Positions 46,024-59,700 are shown, numbered from the stretch's first letter. The stretch is DNA of 64,000 bases from Heptranchias perlo (GCF_035084215.1 NC_090366.1:13578001-13642000), one strand, 5' to 3'. Notes: a model not told the origin generated them from the sequence alone. A program made the numbers and translations.

Positions 46024-47015
46024 TCAGCCGTGACCCAGTGGTAACACTCTCGCCCCCGAGTCAGAAGGTCATGGGTTCAAGTCCCCACTCCAGAGAGCCA
46101 CATAATCCAGGCCGACACTCTCCCAGTGCCAGTACTGAGGGAGTGCTGCACTGTCAGAGGGTCAGGACTGAGGGAGCGCTGCACTGTGGGAGGGTCAGTA
46201 CTGAGGGAGTGCTGCACTGTCGGAGGGTCAGTACTGAGGGAGCGCTGCACTGTCGGACAGTTAGTACAGAGGGAGCGCTGCACTGTCAGAGGGTGAGTAC
46301 TGAGGGAGCGTTGCACTGTCGGAGGGTCAGTACTGAGGGAGTGCTGCACTGTCAGAGTGTCAGTACTGAGGGAGCGCTGCACTGTCGGAGGGTCAGTACT
46401 GAGGGAGAGCTGCACTGTCGGAGGGTCAGTACTGAGGGAGTGCTGCACTCTTGGACGGTCAGTACTGAGGGAGCGCTGCACTGTCGGAGGGTCAGTACTG
46501 AGGGAGTGCTGCACTCTCGGACGGTCAGTACTGAGGGAGCGCTGCACTGTGGGAGGGTCAGTACTGAGGGAGTGCTGCACTGTCGGAGGGTCAGTACTGA
46601 GGGAGCGCTGCACTGTCGGAGGGTCAGTACTGAGGAAGTGCTGTACTGTCAGTGGTTCAGTACTGAGGGAGCGCTGCACTGTCGGAGGGTCAGTACTGAG
46701 GGAACGCTGCACTGTCGGAGGTTCAGTACTGAGGGAGCACTGCACTGTCAGAGGGTCAGTACTGAGGCTGCACTGTCAGAGGGTCAGTACTGAGGGAGCG
46801 CCGCACTGTCGGAGGGTCAGTAGTGAGGGAGTGCTGCACTGTCGGAGGGTCAGTACTGAGGGAGCGCTGCACTGTCGGAGGGTCAGTACTGAGGGAGTGC
46901 TGCACTGTCGGAGGTGCTGTCTTTTGGATGAGACGTTAAACCGAGCAATCAATTGTTTGTAAAACGCTTTGGGACGTCCTGAGGTAGTGAGAGACACTTT
47001 GTAAATGCAATATCT
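46024..47015 (+). mobile_element. tRNA-headed Deu-domain SINE with 33-bp VNTR (~46130-46913, ~24 units)
   Basis: A/B-box-like head (GGTTCAAGTCC), VNTR, SINE tail. Confidence 0.8.
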
Positions 47016-47189
47016 TTGTTTAACGATCGAAATGTTGGGCACACCTGGTCCAGGGATGGGCCTTGAATCGAATACCTTCTGCACCAGGAGTGAGAGAAGC
47101 TGTCACTGCAAATAAAGTCCTTTTATTAAGACCCCAAAACATTATTCTCTTCTCTGCCCGGGATCTCCTTTCCAAAGAATGAAAGGACT

Positions 47190-47510
47190 CCCATTTCTAC
47201 CGCGCCTTTCACAACCTCAGGACGTCCCAAAGCTCTTTACAGACAATCAAATACTTATTTTGAAGTGTTGTCACTGTCGTAATGTCGGAAACCTGACAGC
47301 CATTTTGCGCACAGCAAGATCCCACAAACCGCACTGTCATAATGACCAGATCATCTGTTTTTTTTTAGTGATGTTGGTCGAAGGATAAATATCGGCCCCA
47401 GGACAGCGGGGAGAACTCCCCCCTGCTCTTCATCGAAATAGCGGCCGTGGGATCTTATCCTCGCCACCTGCGAGGGCAGACGGGGGCCTCGGTTTAATGT
47501 GTCATCTGTC
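47190..47510 (-). mobile_element. Deu-domain SINE fragment
   Basis: Matches 19090-19420 block. Confidence 0.65.
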
Positions 47511-47929
47511 AGTGCAGCACGAGTTTTTAGTGTCGAAACTGGGTGCCCAAAATAGATTTGGTGAGCAGCAACTTCCCTGAACTTGATGAGCAAAAGATGC
47601 ACACAGACAATAACAGGGCCTGGTTCCTCAAATCTTCTTTTAGGAAAAACAAACAAGACAAGAACTGTGTTGATATTGCTATGAATAAAAGACCCCTTCA
47701 AACTGTCGAAGTTCACTGCACGGAAGGCGGCCATTCGGCCCATCGTGTCTGTGCTGGCTCTTTGCAGAAAGCAGTCCCAAACTATTCCGTCTAGCCCTTC
47801 TCTCCTCCCATAGTCCCATACCTCCCTCTGTTTCAAATCTTTCTCAGTTTTTCCTTCAAAAGATGCAAGGGTCTATGCCTCAAACACTCCTGGTGGTAAA
47901 ACATTTCAGGCTGCAGTAAACCTCCGAGG

Positions 47930-48465
47930 AACATAGGAACAGGAGGAGGCCATTCAGCCCCTCCAACCCATTCAATCAGATCATGGCTGATCTGATTCTT
48001 AACCCCATTTACCTGCCTTGGTTCTGTAACCCTGAATCCCTCACCCAACAAAAATCTATCAATCTCAGTTTTGAAATTTTCAATTGACTCCCAGCCTCAA
48101 CAGCTTTTTGGGGGAGAGAGTTCCAGATTCCCACTCCCCTTTGTGTGAAGAAGTGCTTCCTGACATCACCCCTGAACGACCCGGCTCTAATTTTAAGGTT
48201 CTGCCCCCCTTGTTCTGGACTCCCCCCACCAGAGGAAATAGTTTCTCTCTATCGACCCTATCGAATCCTTTAATCATCTTAAACCTCTCGATTAGATCAC
48301 CCCTTAATCTTCTACACTCGAGGGAACACAAGCCCAGTCTGTGCAACCTGTCCTTGGAATTTAACCCTTTTAGCCCCGGTATCATTCTGGTGAATCTGCG
48401 CTGCACCCCCTCCAAGGCCAATATATCCTTCCTGAGGTGCGGTGCCCAGAACAGAACACAGCCCA
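47930..48465 (-). mobile_element. CR1 LINE 3' fragment
   Basis: [19 protein letters not shown]...[28 protein letters not shown]. Confidence 0.85.
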
Positions 48466-48914
48466 GAACAAAGCCTGCAGTCCTGTGCCTGTATCAATAA
48501 TGAATTCAAAACACAGAATCAAACTGTGCAGCTGCATTAAAGATCAGTTGTTGCACAGACTCAAGGCCAACACCGAGGATGCCGCCGTAGCTGAAGAGTC
48601 CGTTACGGCCAGCTGAGCTCAACTTACTCCTTCCAGATCATAGAATGAGCCATTCGGCCCATCGTGCTCGTGCTGGCTCTTTGAAAGATCTATCCAATTA
48701 GTCCCACTCCCCCCCTGCTCTTTCCCCACAGTCCTGCAAATTTTTCCTTTTCAAGAATTTATCCAATTCCCTTTTGAAAGTTATGATTGAATCTGCTTCC
48801 ACCGCCCTTTCAGGCAGCGCATTCCAGATCAGAACAACACAATATCCACAATTGCTCTAACTCCACAGCCAATGTGCGGAAACCAGTCTTGGCTCCATTG
48901 GTTATCACAAAGAA

Positions 48915-49310
48915 AGACTTGCATTTATATAGCACCTTTCACAACCTCAGGACGTCCCAAAGCGCTGCACAGCCAATGAAGTACGTTTTGAGGTGTAGTC
49001 ACTGTTGTCACAAACAGCAATTTGATAATGACCAGATCAACTGTTTTTTAGTGATGTTGGTCGAGGGATAAATATTGGCCCCAGGACACCGGGGAGAACT
49101 CCCCCTGCTCTTCTGCGAAATAGTGGCCGTGGGATCTTTCACTTCCATCTGAGAGGGCAGACAGGGGCCTCGGTTTAACATTTCATCCGCAAAACCGCAC
49201 CCCCGACAGTGCAGCACTCCCTCAGTACTGGCTTGTGGGAGTGTCGACCTGGATTATGGGGCGAAAGTCTCTGGAGTGGGATTTGAACCCGTGACCGACT
49301 GACTCAAAGG
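48915..49310 (-). mobile_element. Deu-domain SINE
   Basis: Near full-length reverse copy including B-box-like GGTTCAAATCC. Confidence 0.7.
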
Positions 49311-50603
49311 TGAGAGCATAATATCTCCTCATGTGGCTCGGTGTCAAATTCTGTCTGATAATCGCTCCTGTGAAGTGCCTTGGGATGTTTCACTACGTTA
49401 AAGGCGCTAAATAAATGCAAGTTGATGATGATGATGCAGCCAACAAGGTATCTTTGGACCTGCGGAGATCTCATGAACTGGTCCTCCTCATCTAACCGCT
49501 GAAGCACGAGGGGAACAGGCCAAGGGACTCGCCTGCTCACCCTGTTGGGTGCAACTTGTTCTGACGCAGGCTTCTGGAAAGTGTGGCTATTGGAAAATGA
49601 AAGCTTGAGCCACAAGCCAGGAACATGGGAGGACGTTAAAGTTTGCAGGATCTTCAATGTAGAAGTAGCCAAAATAAAAAGCCCAGATCTCAACAACAGC
49701 TGAAAGGACAACAGCTCTTCAGGTAAGACGCTCTTCAGAAAAAGACAGAACGGCTAAAATAGTTGTTTATTGTAGCATTAGTTCATTCTGTAATCAAAGC
49801 TGTTTCATCTGTATATGATATACTAAAAATCGTACAGCTGCAAGTAACTTTTCCCACAATAAATTTCTCCGTCCACATTTCTAACGGGAACTGCCTATGT
49901 AAACGTCACGCTGTAATTACACTCTCCCACCAGTGGTGGCGGTGTGCCCTCCGTTTTGCGTCTCCCAAATCCTCAGTCTGTTCTGCAGAGAAATTCCCTG
50001 CTCCAACCTGCTCCATGTCCCGACTTCTTAAATTGCTGTAAGTTTTGCTGTGTGACTATGAATGATAATATAAAATCAAAGCATTTTATAATAATAAGCG
50101 GAAGAAAGCATGAGTGTAAAATGGGGAGTAAATTCTATCTATCGGCCCTGGTCCAAATATCTTCGACTCCTGCTTCCCCTGAACTCTACACTTGGTAACG
50201 ACCATTCTGTCAACATTCACAGACAGGAAAGTGAAATGACAAGAAGAAAAGTGACTGAAACACACAGACGGGATTGAGACTGTCCGTTATGTCCTGGTGG
50301 AATATCTAACGATACTGAAAGATATTTATAATCACAATGGAGAGAAGGATGTCTCCAACAGTGAGAGACATTCCTGAAGGAGGACGGACAAAATGAAACC
50401 CAGTGAGAATGATCTCGGCTCCATTATCACTCAAACTTTGTGAAATAACATCAGCTTTAAAAAATTACATTCGATTATGTCAAGAAGTTTAAAACTTGTT
50501 TTTTTTGGGGTGAAGTCCTGTGGTTTCTAGAAAGGGAAAGGGGAGTTTCGATTCTCGCCTTCTGTGTTGTCCCCAGAGATCATGTTTTTACCTCTCGCTC
50601 AGA

Positions 50604-50720
50604 TTATATATTTGCATAAATAGAGTCCTCGTCAAGATTGCAGTTTTCGTAGATATTATCGGCTTGAAATACATTCCTGTAACGGTCAGTTTCGATTCCC
50701 AGCGTCTCTTCCTCATCCTT
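50604..50720 (-). CDS. Gene C terminal cytoplasmic-type exon (YRNV, IYENC, SIYANI-stop)
   Basis: Polypyrimidine tract + ttacAG; phase-0 frame KDEEETLGIETDRYRNVFQADNIYENCNLDEDSIYANI. Confidence 0.72.
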   Translation of the reverse strand, partial: KDEEETLGIETDRYRNVFQADNIYENCNLDEDSIYANI

Positions 50721-53700
50721 CTGTAATAGAAAAGGAAATGAGCAGTGTGACAATCGGCACAATCTGTGATTGGCTTGTTTGAGTCCAATGAGATCATTGG
50801 ATCTGCAATTGAGGCCCAACCGTGCAGGGTTTGATCATTGATATTGATCAATGTTGGGTTTGATCATTGATATTGATCAATGATGGGTTTGATCATTGAT
50901 ATTGATCAATGATGGGTTTGATCATTGATATTGATCAATGATGGGTTTGATCATTGATATTGATCAATGATGGGTTTGATCATTGATATTGATCAATGAT
51001 GGGTTTGATCATTGATATTGATCAATGATGGGTTTGATCATTGATATTGATCAATGATGGGTTTGATCATTGATATTGATCAATGATGGGTTTGATCATT
51101 GATATTGATCAATGATGGGTTTGATCATTGATATTGATCAATGATGGGTTTGATTATTGATATTGATCAATGACGGGTTTGATTATTGATATTGATCAAT
51201 GATGGGTTTGATTATTGATATTAAACAATGTTGGGTTTGATCATTGATATTGATCAATGTTGGGTTTGATCATTGATATTGATCAATGTTGGGTTTGATT
51301 ATGGATATTGATCAATGTTGGGTTTGATTATTGATATTGATCAATGATGGGTTTGATTATTGATATTGATCAATGTTGGGTTTGATTATGGATATTGATC
51401 AATGTTGGGTTTGATTATTGATATTGATCAATGTTGGGTTTGATTATTGATATTGAACAATGTTGGGTTTGATTATTGATATTGATCAATGATGGGTTTG
51501 ATTATTGATATTGAACAATGTTGGGTTTGATCATTGATATTGATCGATGTTGGGTTTGATTATTGATATTGATCAATGTTGGGTTTGATTATTGATATTG
51601 AACAATGTTGGGTTTGATTATTGATATTGAACAATGTTGGGTTTGATTATTGATATTGATCAATTTTGGGTTTGATTATTGATATTGATCAATGATGGGG
51701 TTGATTATTAATATTGAACAATGTTGGGTTTGATTATTGATATTGATCAATGTTGGGTTTGATTATTGATATTGATCAATGTTGGGTTTGATTATTGATA
51801 TTGAACAACGTTGCGTTTAATTATTGATATTGAACAATGTTGGGTTTGATTATTGATATTGATCAATGTTGGGTTTGATTATCGATATTGAACAATGTTG
51901 GGTTTGATCATTGATATTGATCAATGTTGGGTTTGATTATTGATATTGATCAATGTTGGGTTTGATCATTGATATCGATCAATGTTGGGTTTGATTATTG
52001 ATATTGATCAATGATGGGGTTGATCATTGAAATTGATCAATGTTGGGTTTGATCATTGATGTTGATCAATGATGGATTCGATTATTGATATTGAACAATG
52101 TTGGGTTTGATTATTGATATTGAACAATGTTGGGTTTGATTATTGATATTGAACAATGTTGGGTTTGATTATTGATATTGATTAACGATCGGTTTGATTA
52201 TTGATATTGATCAATGATGGGTTTGATTATTGATATTGATCAATGTTGGGTTTGATTATTGATATTGAATAACATTGGGTTTGATTATTGATATTGATCA
52301 ATGATGTATTTGATTATTGATACCAAACAGTTTGTCTTTCGTGGATACTCACCTTGCCCACTGACAGATTGTATTTTTAACTGCCTCTGGATGTGGCCTG
52401 ATGAATTCTCCACCGAGCAGTTGATCATCTGCTCAATGAGGCTGCTTCCAGTGATGGTGAGTATGTTGGCGACCAAGCGGCCATCCCTGATGGACTGTGT
52501 CTCGTAGGTCCCTCCCCCTGGTCCAATCACTTCATTGCTCCTCCCTTGCAGATGCCACATGACCTCAGCTGATGAATCCGATTGCACCACACAAACACAT
52601 GTCGTATTGGTCAGATACAGTTTGCAATTTGACTCCGGTAGTATGATGTCATCATCTGTAAAATATGTTTGAAACAGCCCCATTAAATTATCCAGTTTCA
52701 GGAGACAGGTACAAAAAGTAGTCACCAAGCCTAATGGGACGTTGGCCTTTATCTCAAGGGAGGCTGGGATACAAATTGGAGGAAATGATGCTTCAGTTGT
52801 GCAGAGCCTTGGTCAGACCTCATCTGAAGCTTTGTGTTCAGTTCTGGGCCCCGCACCTCGGGAAGGACATATTGGCCTTGGAGGGGGGGCAGCGCAGATT
52901 CACCAGAATGATACCGGGGCTTAAATGGTTAAAATGTGAGGAGAGATTACATGGACTGGGCTTGTATTTCCTGGAATATGGAAGGTTGAGGGTGATTTGT
53001 TAGAGTTCTTTTTGGATTTTGAAAGGAATTGATCGGGTAGATAGAGAGAAATTTTTTCTGCCGGTGGGGGGAGTCCAAAACAAGGCGGGGGCATAACCTT
53101 AAAATTGGAGCTCGGCCGTTCAGGAGTGAAAGCAGGAAGCACTTCTTCACTCAAATGGGATTGGAAAGAGGCTGAAGAAAAGGTCCCAGCTGGAGTGAGT
53201 TGGGAAACGGTGCATTCCCACATAATGATTGATGGAAGTGACAGGCAGAGGGTGTGAGCCCAACAGAATTTATTGGAACACCGTTCTGTACCAATTATCA
53301 AACCCAACACCATCACTGGAAGAGTTGAGAGGGAGTTTCACTCTGGCGATATTTTAATGCTAATTATCCTAAATCGCACCAAGTCCCATTCACCCATCAC
53401 CCCCTGTGCTCACTGACCTCCATTGGCTCCCAGTCCGGCAATGCCTTGATTTTAAAATTCTCATCCTGGTGTTCAAATCCCTCCATGGCCTCCTCGCCCC
53501 CATTCCCTATCTCTGTAACCTCCTCCAGCCCTCAACCCTCCGAGATCTCTGCGCTCCTCCAATTCTGGCCTCCTGTCCACCCCCACTCCCTTCGCTCCAC
53601 CATTGGCAGCCATGCATTCAGCTGTTTGGACCCTAAACTCTGCAATTCCCTCCCTAAACCTTTCCGCCTCTCTCTCGATGTCTAATCTTGCCTGATAATG

Positions 53701-56700
53701 TTCCTGTGAAACGCCATGCGATGTTTGACTGGATTGAAGGCTCGATATAAATGCAAGTTGTTGTTGTTACTCCACCTGACCTGGGAGCACTGGGTGTCGA
53801 CACTGACAGGTCGAAACAGGGAATTGATCCCATCTGTCCATCGTCATGAGGACAAAACCATGTACTTCAAGTGATGTCACTTGAGAGCTTCTTAAGAATT
53901 ATGGAACAAGATATTCGGTTTATTTTGGAAAATGCGGAATGTTTTTTATAAAAATGTTTTCTTAATAATAATGAAAATACTCACATTCGGTGGGAACATG
54001 AACAGGTGGCGATCGAGAGCTGCCCAGGACACTTGTGGCTTTGCAGTAGTAGGCGATATCCCCTTCCATTCCACGGGGAACAGTAATAGTGCGATCAACA
54101 TGGCTCAGTGCTGTATCTTTTCCTTGGGAGACCTTGTACCAGGAGTAATCATGGGCTGCTGGCTTGCCTTGGCTGAAACAACTCAGAGAAATCATGTTTC
54201 CTTTTTTGAATTCCATTCTGACGTGTGTGTTTTCAGGGGGGTCTTTAAAATACAAAATTATAAACACCTTAAATCCTGATCTAAAGTCAGAGAAAAGCTC
54301 CCTCCACACTGTCCCATCAAATACTCCCAGGGCAGGTACAGCACGGGTTAGATACAGAGTAAAGCTCCTTCTACACTGTCCCATCAAACACTCCCAGGGC
54401 AGGTACAACATGGTTTAGATACAGAGTAAAGCTCCTTCTACACTGTCCCATCAAACACTCCCAGGGCAGGTACAGCACGGGTTAGATACAGAGTAAAGCT
54501 CCTTCTACACTGTCCCATCAAACACTCCCAGGGCAGGTACAACATGGTTTAGATACAGAGTAAAGCTCCTTCTACACTGTCCCATCAAACACTCCCAGGG
54601 CAGGTACAACATGGTTTAGATACAGAGTAAAGCTCCTTCTACACTGTCCCATCAAACACTCCCAGGGCAGGTACAGGGTTAGATACAGAGTAAAGCTCCC
54701 TCTACACTGTCCCATCAAACACTCCCAGGGCAGGGACAGGGTTAGATACAGAGTAAAGCTCCCTCTACACTGTCCCGTCAAACACTCCCAGGGCAGGTAC
54801 AGCACGGATTAGATACAGAGTAAAGCTCCCTCTACACTGTCCTGTCAAACACTCCAAGGGCAGGTGCAGCACAGATTAGATAGGGGGTACTGTAACTGCC
54901 CTGGGAGTGTTTGATGGGACAGTGTAGAGGGAGCTTTACTGTGTAACTAATCATAAGCTTTTCCTTGTATCCTTCACAAGAAGAGTTCAGAGAATCTTCC
55001 CCAGGAGCAGGATTCAAATCTTGGGCTAGAATTGGGAGTCAGGTGTGGTTGAGGGGAAAAGAGTGTTTGACACAAGAGGCGAGACCGAGCTTCTTGGAGT
55101 CAACGTCCAGCACGGAGAAGATGTGGGAGGTTCACGGGAGACGGTGAGGACCTGCCCTCAACTGTATCTCAGTGAATTCCATTCTGTTCAGCCACGAAAC
55201 GTAAAACACTTACACTCCACACTGACGAAGAACGGGATGGAGTTGCTGGATCCCATTGTGTTTCCCGCCGTGCAGTAGAACCAAGCATCGAGCTCCCGCG
55301 TTACAAGACCCAGGTTGATGGACGCTGTCCTTGTGTTTAACTCAGTCCTATTGCTCCCGTCGATCCTGAACCAGCTGTAGTTAGTGGCCGGCGGGTTACT
55401 CTTGCTGAAACAGGATAATGTTACGTTGCCCCCCTCTTTTATTCCTTGCTCGGCCCCACTGACCCTCACCGCTGTTTCCTTGGGAGGATCTGAAAGAAAA
55501 TAATCGTTCGAGCCAACGGAATATGGTTCTGCATTAAACCCTGGCCGCCCCACACTGGTGTTTTGTGATAAAAGTAACATTTGGAACCGCCAGAGGGGGA
55601 AGCTGTACTCAAATGGAATGTGGACTCTCAGACCCAAATACCATCAGTAACAAGAAAGAGTCTGACCACCTCCCCATGCCATTCAATGGCATTACCATCA
55701 CCTGAATGCTCCACAACCTACAAGGCACAATCAGGAACAAGGGGGGCACAACCTTAAAATTAGAGCCGGGCCATTCAGGGGTGATGTCGGGAAGCACTTC
55801 TTCACACAAAGGGGAGTGGACATCTGGAGAACTCTCTCCCAAAAGCTGTTGAGGCCGGGGGTCAATTGGAAATTTCAAGCCTGAGATCGACAGATGTTTG
55901 TTGGGTAAGGGTTCTCAAGAGATACAGAACAACAGCGGGTGAATGGAGTTGAGGCGCAGATCAGCCCTAATCTCATCGTACGGCGGGGTAGGCTCGAGGG
56001 GCTGAATAGCCCCCTCCCGATCTGAATTAAGATTGAAATGGACGGGGAGATCTGTTAATATTTACACTTAAAACTTAGATTTAATAGGTGTCGAAGGGCA
56101 AATTATAGTTAAAATATGAGTCGCGCTCCGGTGCCTCCTCAGCTGACCTGGGGTTAGAAGGCAGGGGTAATTAAACCAGGAAACACAGGCGTTAAGTCAG
56201 TCCTCATTTTAACGTCACTTATTCTGTCCTTATTTTCATATATTCCCATCATAGCTTCCTACCCCCGCATTTATAATGGAAACTTCCAAAATGAACTCGT
56301 CACGCTGCAACGATGCCTTCCTGCAGCACTACCACTGGTGGGAGGGTGTAATTACAGCGTGACAAGTTTACATAGGGAGGTTCCATGATAAATGTGGACA
56401 ACAACAACACCCTGCATTTAGACAGCACCTTTCACTTTATAAAACGTCCCGAGGCGCTTCACAGGAGCGATTATCAGACAAAACTTGACACCGAGCCACA
56501 TAAGGAGACATTAGGACAGGTGACCAAAAGCTTGGTCAAAGAGGTCGGTTTTAAGGCGCGTCTTAAAGGAGGAGAGAGAGAGGCGGAGAGGTTTAGGGAG
56601 GGAATTCCAGAGCTTAGGGCCCAGGCAGCTGAAGGCACGGCCGCCAATGGTGGAGCGATGGGAATCGGGGGGTGGGCAAGAGGCCAGAATTGGAGGAGCG

Positions 56701-59700
56701 CAGCGATCTCGGAGGGTTGTCGGGCTGGAGGAGGTTACAGGTTATGTAGGAATTTATCGTTGAACGAGTTGACAGGATGTGCACACAGACGTTTAATTTT
56801 TAATTCAGCAACAGTTGATCTCCCCTGGATTTGCAAGAATTCAAGACCATGTGCAGTCATCAGGTTAAAGGACCAAAGTGATCAGACAGAATTCAGTGCC
56901 CATTTTAAAGTCATGCATTCTGTCAGTAATTCCAGCACACTCCACTAGAGGGGCGTGACATAAATGTTGACATTGGAAATTTTAATGGGAAAAATGCTGA
57001 CAGGAAGTGTGCGCCAACCTAACCTTTTTTATATATTATACATACAGATTGTCAGCAAAGTGGGTGGTTCAGGGAGTTAGCATGTTGGGGTAGAGCTTAC
57101 ACTGATCTCCACACAAGTTTCCATCAATTGCTTCCCCTCGTAGTGTGGGGAATCTCTGGGACAGGAACACTAATTCCTAAAACTTACCCCATCATCTTCG
57201 CACATCCAGAATGTGGGAGGAAAGGAAACTATTCCAATGCTCTCCTGACCGGCCTCCCATCTCCCTCTCTCCATAAACTCCAGTTCATCCAAAACTCTGC
57301 TGCTCTGTATCCTAACTCACGCCGAGTCCCGTTCACCCATCACCCCCTGTGCTCGCTGACCTACATCGGCACCCGGTCCGGGAACGCCTCGATTTTAAAA
57401 TTCTCATCCTTGTTTTCAAATCCCTCCATGGTCTCCTTGCCCCCTCCCTCCCTATCTCTGCAACATCCTCCAGCCCCTACAACCCTCCGAGATCTCTGCG
57501 CTCCTCCAATTCTGGCCTCTTGCGCTGAAAGGCCAAAATGGGGAATCAATTCCATCTGTTCCTCTTTGTAAACACGAAGCCATAATCATTTGAGATGCAA
57601 GCATTGTCATCTGAGAGTGTCTTCAGAATTCGGAATTATGGAATAAGATATTCGGTTCATTTTGGATCAGCAGCAAAATACGGAATTATAAAAATACAAA
57701 TGAAAATACTCACATTTGGTGGGAACACGAACAGGTGGCGATCGAGAGCTGCCCAGGACACTTGTGGCTTTGCAGTAGTAGGAGATATCCCCTTCCATTC
57801 CACGGGGAACAGTAATAGTGCGACCAACATGGCTCAGTGCTGTATCTTTGCCTTGGGAGACCTTGTACCAGGAGTAATCATGGATTGCTGGCTTGCCTTG
57901 GCTGAAACAACTCAGAGAAATCATATTTGCTTTTTTGAATTCCATTCTGACGTGAGTGTTCTGAGGGGGGTCTTTAAAATACAAAATTAGAAACACGTTA
58001 TATACTGATCGAAAGTCAGGAGTGTGATGGAATACTCTCCACTTGCCTGGATGAGTGCAGCTCCAATAACACTCAAGAAGCTCGACACCATCCAGGACAA
58101 AGCAGCCCACTTGATTGGCACCCCATCCACCCCCCCTAAACATTCACTCCCTTCACCACCGGCGCACCGTGGCTGCAGTGTGTACCATCCACAGGATGCA
58201 CTGCAGCAACTCACCACGGCTTCTTCGACAGCACCTCCCAAACCCGCGACCTCTACCACCTAGAAGGACAAGAGCAGCAGGCACATGGGAACAACACCAC
58301 CTGCACGTTCCCCTCCAAGTCACACACCATCCCGACTTGGAAATATATCGCCGTTCCTTCATCGTCGCTGGGTCAAAATCCTTGAACTCCCTTCCTAACA
58401 GCACTGTGGTAGCAACTTCATCATCAAACACTCCCAGGGCAGGTACAGCACGGGTTAGATACAGAGTAAAGCTCCCTCGACACTGTCCCATCAAACACTC
58501 CCAGGGCAGGTACAGGGTTAGATACAGAGTAAAGCTCCCTCTACACTGTCCCATCAAACACTCCCAGGGCAGGTACAGGGTTAGATACAGAGTAAAGCTC
58601 CCTCGACACTGTCCCATCAAACACTCCCAGGGCAGGTGCAGCATGGGTTAGATACAGAGTAAAGCTCCCTCTACACTGTCCCATCAAACACTCCCAGGGC
58701 AGGTACAGGGTTAGATACAGTGTAAAGCTCCCTCTACACTATCCCATCAAACACTCCCAGGGCAGGTACAGGGTTAGATACAGAGTAAAGCTCCCTCTAC
58801 ACCGTCCCATCAAACACTCCCAGGGCAGGTACAGGGTTAGATACAGAGTAAAGCTCCCTCTACACTATCCCATCAAACACTCCCAGGGCAGGTACAGGGT
58901 TAGATACAGAGTAAAGCTCCCTCTACACCGTCCCATCAAACACTCCCAGGGCAGGTACAGGGTTAGATACAGAGTAAAGCTCCCTCTACACTATCCCATC
59001 AAACACTCCCAGGGCAGGTACAGGGTTAGATACAGAGTAAAGCTCCCTCTACACCGTCCCATCAAACACTCCCAGGGCAGGTACAGGGTTAGATACAGAG
59101 TAAAGCTCCCTCTACACTGTCCCATCAAACACTCCCAGGGCAGGTACAGGGTTAGGTACTTCTTGGAGTCAACGTCCAGCACGGAGAAGATGTGGGAGGT
59201 TCACGGGAGACGGTGAGGACCTGCCCTGAACTGTATCTCAGTGAATTCCATTCTGTTCAGCCACGAAACGTAAAACACTTACACTCCACACTGACGAAAA
59301 ACAGGGTGGAGTTGCTGGAACCCAGTGTGTTTCCCGCCGTGCAGTAAAACCAGGCATCGTGATCCCGCGTTACAAGCCCCAGGTTGATGTTCTTGGTGAT
59401 TGCGTTTAACTCAGATTTGTTGTTTCCATTGACTCTGAACCAGCTGTAACTAGTGGCCGGCGGGTTACTCTTGCTGAAACAGGATAATGTTACGTTGTCC
59501 CCCTCTTTTATTCTGTCTTCGGCTCCGACGACCCTCACCGCTGTTTCCTTGGGAGAATCTGAAAGAGAGGAGGTGTTTGAGCCAATGGAGCTGCCTTAAA
59601 CCACTCCCCTCCACCCCTGAAGTTTGGCGACAGAGGTAACGTCTGTACCCCGCCAAGGGGGGAAGCTGCGCTCAAAGGAGTGAGGGCCTGAAATAGCCCC

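Noticed and set aside
44314-46962. Long repetitive ORFs ([22 protein letters not shown]) and CRISPR-like periodicity
   Set aside because: 33-bp tandem unit divisible by 3 and lacking stops; no unique spacers, no cas genes, eukaryotic context
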